Source: a phage. Taken from it: a DNA stretch of 64,000 nucleotides. Of this stretch, positions 26,791 to 36,344 are shown one piece after another. Under the pieces are notes generated by a model. That model searched no databases. It was given only the letters and a program-made list of their open reading frames with translations, and was not told where the DNA came from. Made by a program: the position numbers and the translations under genes. Where the stretch lies: NCBI GenBank assembly GCA_038450185.1, contig GCA_038450185.1_4765.1; one strand, 5' to 3'. Position 1 is the stretch's first letter. Each line of letters begins with the position of its first letter.

Positions 26791-27795
26791 CTCTTTTTCA
26801 AAAGTTTTTACGATATACATGATAGTGCTCAATTCAGACGGCGCGACTGTTTCTGTGTAGCCATCCGGCATATCTTCTTTTGAGATATAGGAAGTTTTAC
26901 CTTTCATCGCTTCCTTGATCTTGTTCTCTAATTCTAAGATCTTTTGACCGTCTTGTAAAGTCAATTCATAAAAGATCTCGTGGTCGAATTTAGATTTCGC
27001 TGATTGGTTTCTCATTCGTTCTTGTGTTGTTAAATTGGTTATTCCAAATTTGATTCCATAAAAACATGATTTTTTAATTAGTTTTTGAATGTATAGTGTT
27101 CCGTGTTTTAAAGTGTTGTATCCAAATCTAGCACAACTTGAACATCTATTTCCTGATAGAAACCCGTTAATTGTTGGTGTAAATGTATGACCATTACAAC
27201 ATTGCAATTTTAATTTTGTTGTATTTCCTTTCCATTCACCTATAAATCCATTGAATAGTATGTTTTCTTTATCAAAGATTGGTTTAATTCTAATAATATA
27301 GTCATCTTTGGGTATTGATTTTAATTCTTTCAGTTTTAACCGGTAGCATTCTTGGCAGCGTCTTCCATTTTTGAAATTGTTAATTGTTGGTGTAAATGTA
27401 TGTCCATTACAACATTGTAGATTTAATTTTGTCGATGACCTTTTCCATTCACCTATAAATCCATTGAATAGTATGTTTTCTTTATCAAAGATTGGAGTTA
27501 ACTTATGTAGATGTTCATCTTCCGAAAAAGATTTCATCCTTCCATTCTTTATGTCTGCACATTTATGACAGCGATTTCCAGCGTTGAAATTGTTAATTGT
27601 TATTGTAAATGTATGACCATTACAACATTGCAATTTTAATTTTGTTGTATTTCCTTTCCATTCACCTATAAATCCAATAAACTTTATATTTTCTTTAAAG
27701 AATGTTGGTTTTAATTCTTCGTAGTAATTCACTGGAGATTTTGAATTGTGAGCTTTTCTAACCCATTCAATCTCATGTGCTTGACGTACTAACAT
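26779..27795 (-). CDS. T5orf172-like (GIY-YIG superfamily) protein with three tandem Cys-rich repeats
   Basis: Three copies of about 70 aa containing FIGEWKGNTTKLKLQCCNGHTFT..NRC..C; C-terminal GTLYIQKL...YGIKFGITNLTTQERMRNQ. Confidence 0.5.
   Translation of the reverse strand: MLVRQAHEIEWVRKAHNSKSPVNYYEELKPTFFKENIKFIGFIGEWKGNTTKLKLQCCNGHTFTITINNFNAGNRCHKCADIKNGRMKSFSEDEHLHKLTPIFDKENILFNGFIGEWKRSSTKLNLQCCNGHTFTPTINNFKNGRRCQECYRLKLKELKSIPKDDYIIRIKPIFDKENILFNGFIGEWKGNTTKLKLQCCNGHTFTPTINGFLSGNRCSSCARFGYNTLKHGTLYIQKLIKKSCFYGIKFGITNLTTQERMRNQSAKSKFDHEIFYELTLQDGQKILELENKIKEAMKGKTSYISKEDMPDGYTETVAPSELSTIMYIVKTFEKELTA
27160..27700 (-). repeat. three tandem direct repeats, about 210 bp each, inside the CDS
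   Basis: Near-identical blocks ...GTAAATGTATGACCATTACAACATTGCAATTTTAATTTTGTTGTATTTCCTTTCCATTCACCTATAAATCCA... at about 27170, 27380 and 27590. Confidence 0.75.
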
Positions 27796-27825
27796 AATTT
27801 TATCCTCCGTTGTTTCTATGGGTGC

Positions 27826-27853
27826 ATTATACATTACCACATCAGCATGTCAA
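27826..27853 (-). promoter_or_regulatory. sigma70-type early promoter, TTGACA / TATAAT
   Basis: -35 and -10 hexamers on the minus strand. Confidence 0.5.
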
Positions 27854-27881
27854 TACATTTTCATAAAATTTTATGCAATAA

Positions 27882-27906
27882 AAAAGCCTCCCCGAAGGAA
27901 GGCTTT
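27882..27906 (-). terminator. intrinsic terminator downstream of gene 32
   Basis: GCCTTCC-TTCGGG-GAGGC hairpin then T6 on the minus strand. Confidence 0.55.
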
Positions 27907-27914
27907 AAAATTCA

Positions 27915-28889
27915 TTACATCCCTAACAGAGCGTCAAGATCATCCAGATCAGAAGCGGAGGAAGTACCGCCACCCAGGTCCAGAGATGCCATCAGGTCAT
28001 CAGCGGAAGAATCTAACGCCGTGCTAGCTGCGTTAATACCAACTACAGTGCTAGCTGCGGTCATACCAGAATCGAATGCATTCATCTGTGCGTCAAAATC
28101 GTCAAGCTGGCTGTTAATCGCTGCCGCAGCACTGGAAGCCGCAGCACCAGCTACCATAGAAACGCCCATAGTTTTCTTAAATTTGGTTTCCAGTTCATCG
28201 AACGGTTTAAACTGGCTAGGCGCTACAATCTCACTCAGATCAACCATGTTTTCCATCAGATATTTCTGATATGCTTCGTCTTCAATTTTCGGAAGCTGTG
28301 ATTGCTGCATGAAACGAGAATCATCATAGTTCTGGTGTTTATCAACCTTCTTAGCTTTCAGGAGGAAGTTAGCACCGGAGAACACACAAGTTACATCGAC
28401 CGGAACTTCGCCCATGTCGGTATTCACGTTCACCATTGCAACGATCTTATCATAAATTTTCTGACCGAAGCGGAATTTGAATACCTTACCTTCATTTTCT
28501 GGTGCTTGAGGATCTTTCAGTACCAGAATATTTGCGTAGTAAGACGCTTTACGCTTAATCAGTTGCCATTCGGTTTTATCGGTATTGTACAAGTCTTTTT
28601 CGTTAATATATTTGCACACAGGGCAAGAATCAAAATCACCGTGGGTGCTAGAGCAGTTTTCCCAATACCATTTGCCATTAACTTTGAAGGAATGGTTTAC
28701 CAGTTTCACAATCGGCAGACCGTCTTCTGTCTTAGACGGCAGGAAGCGAATCAGGGCTTCACCGTTACCTGCTGCATCAGTCTTAATCTTCCACTCTTTC
28801 GGATCTTCTTTGGAGAAACCGTTGCCACCTTTCAGTGCGGCCAGTTGAGCTTGCAATTTGGAGCTATCTTGACGACGAAACATGTTCAT
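27915..28889 (-). CDS. 32: single-stranded DNA-binding protein
   Basis: IRFLPSK...[24 protein letters not shown] matches the T4 gp32 zinc-binding core; acidic C-terminus. Confidence 0.9.
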   Translation of the reverse strand: MNMFRRQDSSKLQAQLAALKGGNGFSKEDPKEWKIKTDAAGNGEALIRFLPSKTEDGLPIVKLVNHSFKVNGKWYWENCSSTHGDFDSCPVCKYINEKDLYNTDKTEWQLIKRKASYYANILVLKDPQAPENEGKVFKFRFGQKIYDKIVAMVNVNTDMGEVPVDVTCVFSGANFLLKAKKVDKHQNYDDSRFMQQSQLPKIEDEAYQKYLMENMVDLSEIVAPSQFKPFDELETKFKKTMGVSMVAGAAASSAAAAINSQLDDFDAQMNAFDSGMTAASTVVGINAASTALDSSADDLMASLDLGGGTSSASDLDDLDALLGM

Positions 28890-28949
28890 AATTATACCTC
28901 TTTATACATTAACTATTGATTAATTTACGTTTTATACTATATCAGATAC

Positions 28950-29546
28950 TTAATTGCTTGTCAATACTTTATCAATTATATCTAACAGTTTTGGCTTTCT
29001 ATTTTCAAATTCTAACATCTCTTCGGGAGAAATGTCAACTACTTCTGTTTTGTTGAAAAAGTTTGGGTCTATAGCATCAGCAACAAAGTTTCTCGCAAGT
29101 GCTGCCGCTTTCTCATGAACATATATTCCCAAATATATCAACTTCTTTCTTTCGACCTGAATATTGGCAACATATTTACCATCTCGTTTATAAAGACTAA
29201 CACCGATATATTCAGACGATCGACCTTTCTGTTTACCCATATTTCTTGAGTTTTGTTGCTCGTTCGCATCTCTCAAGTTTTCAATCCGATTATCTGTTAT
29301 AATTCGGTTAACATGGTCAACGTATTTTGGCATGTATCCATGATGCATAAAGAAAATTATTCTATGCTCTTTATGATGTTTACCATCGATACACACCAAT
29401 CTGTATCCATGACTAGGATTAACTCCACCAGCTCTAGATCCGACTTTATGCTTTCGGTTTGTCGATATCTTGCAAATCAGCTTACCGTTATCATATTTAA
29501 AGAGTTCATGACAACGAGCATACAATTCAGGATCATATGTTTTCAC
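28950..29546 (-). CDS. HNH endonuclease with AP2-type DNA-binding domain
   Basis: HNH motif HHKEHRIIF...DHVNRI..DNRIENLR; AP2-like YIGVSLYKRDGKYVANIQV...IYLGIY; lies between genes 32 and 59. Confidence 0.6.
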   Translation of the reverse strand: MKTYDPELYARCHELFKYDNGKLICKISTNRKHKVGSRAGGVNPSHGYRLVCIDGKHHKEHRIIFFMHHGYMPKYVDHVNRIITDNRIENLRDANEQQNSRNMGKQKGRSSEYIGVSLYKRDGKYVANIQVERKKLIYLGIYVHEKAAALARNFVADAIDPNFFNKTEVVDISPEEMLEFENRKPKLLDIIDKVLTSN

Positions 29547-30210
29547 CTTTTAACCTCGATATTTCTTTACACTCTTTAACTACTTTAACAAATAATGCTC
29601 TTGCTTTTGCGGCGTCAATAACAAGTAGTTTCTTGTACGCCTTCATTTTAACACTATAAGTTTGCCAAATCAAGTCTTTGGCTACCTTGTCGTGTTCGTC
29701 GATTATATTTAGAAAGCTATCTAACAACATAAACGACTCAAACGATATAATCCGATTTTGCAGTAGTTTAAAAATACCGCTTGTTTCGGTTGCGGGATTA
29801 TATGTAATTAGCTCTTTAAGAGTAACCCCGCGTTTCTCGGAGAAGTATACCAGACTTTTAATGTCATCGTCAAATCTTGTTGCTGCATCGGTTATCTTTC
29901 CTATGTATTCCATATAAAAGCCGTATGCGTCAACATCAGTGATTTCACCTACCCATGCATCGGTATTAGCTACCAGATTGCTTAGGAATAGGAAGTATAA
30001 TTCTCTTAGATTGTATTTTTCCGCTAATTTCGCGAAATAATACTTATCTCTGCGTTTATTGAATGCGGCATCAGATAACCGCATCCTCCAATTATATTTT
30101 ACGCAATCATAACGCCCGTTCATATGAGCTTTCATCATGCAATATAACATATACACAGATTTAGCATTAATTCGCATATCTGGATCTGGAGGAAGACGGT
30201 TTCTGATCAT
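29533..30210 (-). CDS. 59: helicase loader gp59
   Basis: Size (225 aa), position between 32 and 33, and similarity to the recalled T4 gp59 N-terminus. Confidence 0.65.
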   Translation of the reverse strand: MIRNRLPPDPDMRINAKSVYMLYCMMKAHMNGRYDCVKYNWRMRLSDAAFNKRRDKYYFAKLAEKYNLRELYFLFLSNLVANTDAWVGEITDVDAYGFYMEYIGKITDAATRFDDDIKSLVYFSEKRGVTLKELITYNPATETSGIFKLLQNRIISFESFMLLDSFLNIIDEHDKVAKDLIWQTYSVKMKAYKKLLVIDAAKARALFVKVVKECKEISRLKGENI

Positions 30211-30219
30211 ACATACCCC

Positions 30220-30489
30220 TTAAATATCGAGAGTGTTGGTCGGTTCGTCGATCACTCCCTTCCTGAGTGTTCTATTTACTATACATTCTTGTGTGATCTT
30301 GTCAATAATGGACACCGGAATATACTTCTGATAGTGACCATATTCTATAGAGTTTTCCTCTACAAACTGAGTGGTCGCTTCAAGATAAGTCAATCCCTCT
30401 TCAACAACCAGTTTTTCGATTGCAAGACCGTTTGCTGTTTTGTTCGCGGCTTTTACCGCATGTTCATTAAGCATTGAACACCCGATCAT
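30220..30489 (-). CDS. 33: late transcription accessory protein gp33
   Basis: Small acidic protein with EEGLTYLEATTQFVEENSI region at the T4-syntenic position. Confidence 0.5.
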   Translation of the reverse strand: MIGCSMLNEHAVKAANKTANGLAIEKLVVEEGLTYLEATTQFVEENSIEYGHYQKYIPVSIIDKITQECIVNRTLRKGVIDEPTNTLDI

Positions 30490-30742
30490 AGAGTTCTACC
30501 GCTTCGTCGCGTTCTGCTTCGAAGGTTTCGCGCTGTTGCTGGTGATACAGTTTAAACAGAATGCCCCACATTTTACCATCTACGCCTAATTCTTCTTTAG
30601 CACGCTGTTTGATCTCTTTGATCTTATCGCCATATGCTTCTTGAATTGTTTTCTGATCGCTGGCTTCTTTAATCAGTTGTGCCAGGGTATTTCCGTGTAC
30701 ATTTTCATCGAATACTACTTTTTCTTTTTTCTGTTCAGTCAT
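30467..30742 (-). CDS. dsbA: double-stranded DNA-binding protein
   Basis: 91 aa; KEASDQK...AKEELGVDGKMWGILFKLYH...ELYDRVF matches T4 DsbA. Confidence 0.7.
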   Translation of the reverse strand: MTEQKKEKVVFDENVHGNTLAQLIKEASDQKTIQEAYGDKIKEIKQRAKEELGVDGKMWGILFKLYHQQQRETFEAERDEAVELYDRVFNA

Positions 30743-30747
30743 AATAT

Positions 30748-31350
30748 TTAACCCTCTTTCGTCATTAATTGAAAACCACGTTCAGCTTTTGAAATTTCGC
30801 TAGGACTTAAATCGTCACCAACATATTCTAGCATCATTTCTCGGATAATGTCAAGTGCTTTTTCATCACCTGATTTTAACTCGAACTCAAGTTCATAATT
30901 TGCGCTTGTGTTGATAGTATATCTACCTATTCCTGCATAATTAAATGCATCTGTGCATATTTCAACTAAGCCTACACCAGTATCAATTGTTCTAGCTACT
31001 CTCGCTGTCATCACATAAAATTGCGGTCTAAGTTGTGTTAAATTGACACCCAGACAATCAACAAATTCAGAAAAATCTTGATAATTACATAACACTATTT
31101 CTTCTCGGTTAAATAAACCGCTTTCGTGACTTCCATGTTTTATTAGAAATTTATTTGTCTTTTTGTCAAGACGTGCATACACTCCCTGTTTATGTAAAAT
31201 ATATTCTTCGTCATCATAATACGATTCTAGCTTATTATAGATTTTTCTGTCTACAATACTATAACAATCATATAACTTAGAACATGCGTCAAAAATAGAC
31301 TTAAGCCCTTTGTTTGACCTTGCATAGTATTTTAATTCAAGTTCTTTCAT
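30748..31350 (-). CDS. CYTH-like triphosphate tunnel metalloenzyme domain protein
   Basis: N-terminal ExExK signature MKELELKYY and C-terminal acidic strand ELEFELK; 200 aa. Confidence 0.4.
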   Translation of the reverse strand: MKELELKYYARSNKGLKSIFDACSKLYDCYSIVDRKIYNKLESYYDDEEYILHKQGVYARLDKKTNKFLIKHGSHESGLFNREEIVLCNYQDFSEFVDCLGVNLTQLRPQFYVMTARVARTIDTGVGLVEICTDAFNYAGIGRYTINTSANYELEFELKSGDEKALDIIREMMLEYVGDDLSPSEISKAERGFQLMTKEG

Positions 31351-31360
31351 ATGTCAATCC

Positions 31361-32308
31361 TTAGAACTCACCAATTTTCTGCAACATTTTAACTAACGCA
31401 TTTGTTACAAAATAGTTATAAATCTTACCGCGTGGTGCTGGTTTAGATTTCTCCCATGACTCCAGGATCTGATTCTGGATATTGTCTGGGATCTCGTCAA
31501 AGTCAATCAACTGACGGTTTTCATCAAAGCGTCGTGCTTCTTCCTCTGTCATCAAAGACTTTGGATCTTCGGCATCGAAAATTTGCTCTAACCATTTGGT
31601 TGCAATTGGTTTAGCTCGTTCTCCTTCCAGTCGTGAGATAATGAAATCACTACGGCACTTGATCGAAGCTACACCGTCTTTTGCGTCACCCTTAACACAT
31701 TTTACCATAAGGTCTTTGTAAGGGCTACCATATTTGCATTTCTTCCATGCTTTCTGTACTGGCGCCCACTGTTTCACGTTTTTGTATTTGTGCAACTGTG
31801 TGTAGTCACCATCGCCGGAGTTGATTAGCACCTGGCGACCTTCTACAGAAAACTTTTTAGTTAACACAGCGATTATATCATCCGCTTCAACTTTGTCAAC
31901 CTTAATAACGTGATAAGGCATGTTCTCTTTAAACTCTTCGGTGATCTTATTGATCGCAGCAAAGATCATCTCCCAATCACGCGGATCTGCGTCTCGTTTT
32001 TCCTTACGGTTGCGTTTATAGTAAGGGGCGATATCACGTCGCCAGTAACCTTTGCTTGAATCAAAGGCAAGTACCGTAATTGGGTATTGCTCTTTGAATT
32101 TTGTCATATTATAACGCATGGTGTCAAGAATAAGATGACGGATCATGCCTTCACTAATAGGGTCTTCCGGTTTAAAGGTATGCGAGATAGTAGCAATCAT
32201 AAGCTGCGACATATCAATCAAATGCACACCTTCCGGCAGTTTATCTTCTGGATCATCGAAGAAATCATTAAGTGTAGCGGTAGTTTTTGTAAACGGGTTA
32301 TACGTCAT
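31361..32308 (-). CDS. rnh: RNase H (FEN-family 5'-3' exonuclease)
   Basis: 315 aa; multiple matches to T4 Rnh (GYWRRD, NMPYHVIKVDKVEADD, HKYKNVKQW, VRSDF, IDFDEIPDNI). Confidence 0.85.
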   Translation of the reverse strand: MTYNPFTKTTATLNDFFDDPEDKLPEGVHLIDMSQLMIATISHTFKPEDPISEGMIRHLILDTMRYNMTKFKEQYPITVLAFDSSKGYWRRDIAPYYKRNRKEKRDADPRDWEMIFAAINKITEEFKENMPYHVIKVDKVEADDIIAVLTKKFSVEGRQVLINSGDGDYTQLHKYKNVKQWAPVQKAWKKCKYGSPYKDLMVKCVKGDAKDGVASIKCRSDFIISRLEGERAKPIATKWLEQIFDAEDPKSLMTEEEARRFDENRQLIDFDEIPDNIQNQILESWEKSKPAPRGKIYNYFVTNALVKMLQKIGEF

Positions 32309-32310
32309 AA

Positions 32311-32496
32311 TTAAGTTCTCTCCACTCTCACAACAACATATTCGCCAAACGAGTTAGATACTTCACGATCATACCCGTATTTCTCCATAACTCGCAGAAT
32401 TGCATTGTTTAATTCGGCACGGAAATAATTATAATCCTTATCAGGGATTCTGTCAACTACCCATTTTGCACCTTCTGACAAATCAACTTTAACCAT
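32311..32496 (-). CDS. hypothetical small protein (61 aa)
   Basis: ORF directly upstream of rnh. Confidence 0.4.
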   Translation of the reverse strand: MVKVDLSEGAKWVVDRIPDKDYNYFRAELNNAILRVMEKYGYDREVSNSFGEYVVVRVERT

Positions 32497-32534
32497 AATA
32501 TATCATCCTCTTTTGTTTCTATCAAGCCTCATTT

Positions 32535-32542
32535 TATAAATA
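32535..32542 (+). promoter_or_regulatory. T4-type late promoter TATAAATA
   Basis: Exact TATAAATA about 29 nt upstream of the gene 34 ATG. Confidence 0.65.
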
Positions 32543-32570
32543 TGAACATACTATAAAAGGAGACCCAATA

Positions 32571-35500
32571 ATGGCAGATTTTTCTCAACATTTCAAGGCC
32601 ACATTTGGCTTTGACGCTGGTAATGAAAAGGTCGTCAATGTAGCATTGGCTGATAAGAATGTCAACACCGATGCGGTCAACGTTGAATTTTTCAATTACC
32701 ATAATGGTATTACTCAGTATGACACAACTCGCGGTTATGATCAATACGGAACTACAATCTATCAAAACCGTCCGTATTATGCAAAAGAAGATATCACAAA
32801 ACCAGCAGGTGACTTTGACCCGACTAAATGGCAAGCACTGCGCACGGACCCACGTTGGGATTATGTTGCAGCAACTTCCGGCGATACTCCTTTAAAGTCC
32901 GGTGATTATATCGCAGCGGACTGTCAGTTTGCAAACTTGACATTCTCAATGCCTACTAATCCGGCAGAGGGCGACACTATAACAGTAAAAGATATCGGTG
33001 GCAAGTGCGGTGTTAATGAGTTATCGTTCCTTGCGGCTGGTCATGAGTTCTATCATAACGGTGTGGTAAACAACCGCAAATGGTATTGTACTACCCCTTA
33101 TGCAATGAACTACTTCATTTTTGCTCGCAATCGCTGGCACGTTTACCAGACGGGAACAGAGCCGCGCGGGGTATATGCACAACCATCTATCGACCCGATT
33201 CAGATGCAAAACGGTGATCAGGTATTCCGCCGTAGTTCTTTGGGTAACATTGTTTTGATGCTTCCTAAGTTTGCTAATAACGGTGATATAATCCAGACTA
33301 CCGATCTTGACGGATTGACTGCAACCAACCATGTTACGGTAAAAGTGCATGAAGGTGCGCAAGAACAATCGATCGGTACTTTCGGGGTAAAAGAAATTGT
33401 TGGTAAGCGTAGCGGTCATGGTGTATTCATATTTGACAAACCGGAAAACTTATGGCGTTTGTGGGATGGTGATCAGTCTGTTCGCTTGAATCCTATCATT
33501 AGTGATACTCGCTTATCCCCCAATAGCTATGTTGCAGTATTTGGTGATCGTGATGTTACCTTGACTTTACCGACCAATGTCGAGCCGGGTGATCGTATTC
33601 AAGTTTCTATGCAGTATATGCACGGAAACCAGACTTGCCGAATCATTACCTCAGAAGAGGATACAAAAATCCTTATGCAGAAAAACATGGTTCAGTTTCC
33701 TAAGCGTAGCGAGTACCCATTCAATGGGGCCGATACATGGACGGGAGTGTCTGAATTGTCTTTCAACGCTGCAAATGATTATGTACCTTATCTGGAGTTC
33801 TCTTATTCAGAAGGTGATGATGGTAAGAAATACTGGTTGGTGGCACATGCTCACCCGATTGTAGAACGAGTAGATCCGACTCGTAAAGATCGTGTTGGTG
33901 TAATTGCACTGGCTACCCAGGATGAAACAAACAAAAACCATGAAGATAATCCTAGCGACGAAGTTGCGGTGACTCCAAAGGTTCTGGCTAATAAAACAGC
34001 CAACGAAACTCGACGCGGTATTGCTCGCATTGCAACTCAAGCGGAAACTCATCAAGATACTGGTTCCAGCTTCCTGGATGATGTTATCGTTACACCTAAA
34101 AAGTTAAATGACTGTGTTGCTACCGAAGCCCGTCGTGGTGTGATGGAAATTGCAACTCAACATGAAACCAACGAAGGTTTAGACGATACCCGCGCAATCA
34201 CTCCTAAGAAGTTAGAAGAGCGTCGAGCGTCAGAGGATCTTGCTGGTATCGCTGAAATTGTTCAGGTAGGCGGTAATGCTGCCGCTCTAAGGGGTGAAGC
34301 TGGTACAGGGATCTATAACATCAATGACCATGCTAAAATTGTTACACCGCAAAACATCAACGAAGTTAAGGCGACCGAAACTTCCCGTGGTGTTGGGTAT
34401 CTGGCGACGGATGAGGAAGTTCAAGGGGCTACTGAATCAACCCCGCAAGATGCATTGCTGATCACTACTCGCACGTTAACCAAGCGCACTGCTACCGAAT
34501 CCCGTACTGGTATCGCTGAAATTGCAACTCAAGAAGAAACAAACTTAGGCCAAAGTGATGACCATATCATCACACCTAAAAAACTGCATACTCGCCGCGC
34601 AACGGAAACTTTACATGGTTTAGCAGAAATTGCAACTCAAGAAGAGTTTGACGCAGGTCTTGACGATGCTCGCATTTCTACCCCATTGAAGATTAAAACC
34701 TTCTTTGAGAATGCACAGCGTTTGAAAGTAGACCCGACTCAGGGGCTTAACCTTACTGGTGATTTGTGGCAAGGTATCATGATCAGCGGTCTGGACGCAA
34801 CCGAAGACACAAAAGGTGTCGCTAAAGTTGCTACTACTCAGCTTACGGATGCTGGTCAAGATGATACTACAATCATCACGCCTAAAAAGCTGCAAGGCAA
34901 AAAAGCCACCGAAGGTAAAGAAGGTATTATCCGCGTTGGTACTCAAGCCGAAACCGTGGCTGGTACACTGGCTAATGTAGCAATTTCTCCGAAGAACTTC
35001 AAATATGTTGTTCAGACAGAGGATACATGGAAAGCAACCGAAGCGCGTCGTGGATTCTTGAAAGTTGCTACTCAGGAAAACTGTTTTGTTGGTGATAATC
35101 TGCAAGGTTCTACTCAAGAACTAGGAAACTACCAGCATGACGGAATTGCTGTTACCCCGAAAGGATTAAACTACGCACTTGCTAATTTCTTACCTAAGAT
35201 GGCAACTGCTCAGAATAGTTTGAAATTGGGTAACGTAGAGGCCGCTAAATGGGCGCGTAGAGACATTGACCAGACCATAGAGAGCAATTACACGTTTAAT
35301 AAAAACGTTAACGTGAAGGGCGATTTAGAGTGCTTAAAATCAGGTTCCTTTGAAACTCTATCTGTGACTAAGAACTCGACCGATGTTCCGAGTAATGGTC
35401 ATCTGGTGTTGGGTGAGCGTGGAGTTGACGGTCACACCGGAATTACTCTGCATGGCACAACCGCATCGGAAGGCATGAAAAACTCTTGGTCTATTATCGT

Positions 35501-36311
35501 TGGTGGCACTGGAACAGCGCAAGTTGTTGATAGTGATGCTATCGCTTTCGGTAAAATCAATGATGGTGGAGTCGTTGAGCATTACGCCTTTGCTATGAAA
35601 CACAATGGCGACGCGACAGCATATAGAGACTTTATTGCAGGTCGTAACCTGTATGCGAAACAAGGCGGTTTATACATTGTTGACCAGTCTAATCCGGCAA
35701 TGACTCGTTCCCCAGATGGTATGCTGAATATCGGTCACGGTGGAAGTGTTAACATCAAGGCAGGTCATCAAACGTTAACTACAGAGATCGCCGGACAGAA
35801 ATATCAGATCGTACACGCAGGAAACGCTGACGAAGTTCTTAACCGTCAGTTTGTTAAGAATGCTGGCGATACAATGGTCGGTAAGCTGACTATGGATAAT
35901 GCGCCTATTGTTTCTGTTAAGCATGAAGCTAGCGCGGCAACCGCTCCGGCAATCGGTAACATCGGTTTCTGGAATATGCGAGTTACTACCCAGAACATCA
36001 AAGAAACTTATCCAGAGAAGAAAAACGGTACTCTGATGCAATGGGGTACTGACGCGGACGGGCTTACCCAGCTTTGGTCCCCCGATGGTACTCATAAACA
36101 TTATATCCGTTCCGGTACTGGTGGTCAATGGACCGCATGGGGTGAAATTTACACCAAACAGAATAAGCCTACCGCTCAGGAAATCGGGGCAGTAGTTGCA
36201 GAAGGTGGTTTAATGAACTCTATGACGGTTCGTGATTGGATCAAAGTTGGTAATGTTAAAATCATCGCCAATAATCTGACTCGTACCGTAGACTTTATCT
36301 GGGAAGACTAA
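32571..36311 (+). CDS. 34: long tail fibre proximal subunit
   Basis: 1246 aa; repeated ATQ.ET..G.DDT..ITPKKL motifs and LAEIATQEEFDAGLDDARISTPLKIKT as in T4 gp34. Confidence 0.85.
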   Translation: MADFSQHFKATFGFDAGNEKVVNVALADKNVNTDAVNVEFFNYHNGITQYDTTRGYDQYGTTIYQNRPYYAKEDITKPAGDFDPTKWQALRTDPRWDYVAATSGDTPLKSGDYIAADCQFANLTFSMPTNPAEGDTITVKDIGGKCGVNELSFLAAGHEFYHNGVVNNRKWYCTTPYAMNYFIFARNRWHVYQTGTEPRGVYAQPSIDPIQMQNGDQVFRRSSLGNIVLMLPKFANNGDIIQTTDLDGLTATNHVTVKVHEGAQEQSIGTFGVKEIVGKRSGHGVFIFDKPENLWRLWDGDQSVRLNPIISDTRLSPNSYVAVFGDRDVTLTLPTNVEPGDRIQVSMQYMHGNQTCRIITSEEDTKILMQKNMVQFPKRSEYPFNGADTWTGVSELSFNAANDYVPYLEFSYSEGDDGKKYWLVAHAHPIVERVDPTRKDRVGVIALATQDETNKNHEDNPSDEVAVTPKVLANKTANETRRGIARIATQAETHQDTGSSFLDDVIVTPKKLNDCVATEARRGVMEIATQHETNEGLDDTRAITPKKLEERRASEDLAGIAEIVQVGGNAAALRGEAGTGIYNINDHAKIVTPQNINEVKATETSRGVGYLATDEEVQGATESTPQDALLITTRTLTKRTATESRTGIAEIATQEETNLGQSDDHIITPKKLHTRRATETLHGLAEIATQEEFDAGLDDARISTPLKIKTFFENAQRLKVDPTQGLNLTGDLWQGIMISGLDATEDTKGVAKVATTQLTDAGQDDTTIITPKKLQGKKATEGKEGIIRVGTQAETVAGTLANVAISPKNFKYVVQTEDTWKATEARRGFLKVATQENCFVGDNLQGSTQELGNYQHDGIAVTPKGLNYALANFLPKMATAQNSLKLGNVEAAKWARRDIDQTIESNYTFNKNVNVKGDLECLKSGSFETLSVTKNSTDVPSNGHLVLGERGVDGHTGITLHGTTASEGMKNSWSIIVGGTGTAQVVDSDAIAFGKINDGGVVEHYAFAMKHNGDATAYRDFIAGRNLYAKQGGLYIVDQSNPAMTRSPDGMLNIGHGGSVNIKAGHQTLTTEIAGQKYQIVHAGNADEVLNRQFVKNAGDTMVGKLTMDNAPIVSVKHEASAATAPAIGNIGFWNMRVTTQNIKETYPEKKNGTLMQWGTDADGLTQLWSPDGTHKHYIRSGTGGQWTAWGEIYTKQNKPTAQEIGAVVAEGGLMNSMTVRDWIKVGNVKIIANNLTRTVDFIWED

Positions 36312-36315
36312 TTAA

Positions 36316-36334
36316 AGGGGGCGAAAGCCCCCTA
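36316..36334 (+). other. intergenic stem-loop between genes 34 and 35
   Basis: GGGGGC-GAAA-GCCCCC hairpin without a T-run. Confidence 0.4.
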
Positions 36335-36344
36335 TGGGGTTATT

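Noticed and set aside
32529-32834. Minus-strand ORF (101 aa) overlapping the start of gene 34
   Set aside because: Lies antisense to the N-terminus of gp34 and across the late promoter; no RBS; likely spurious
32571-36311. Repetitive motifs inside gp34 (ATQ.ET..G.DDT..ITPKKL) as a possible repeat feature
   Set aside because: These are the known beta-helical or coiled repeats of the proximal tail fibre shaft, not an independent element
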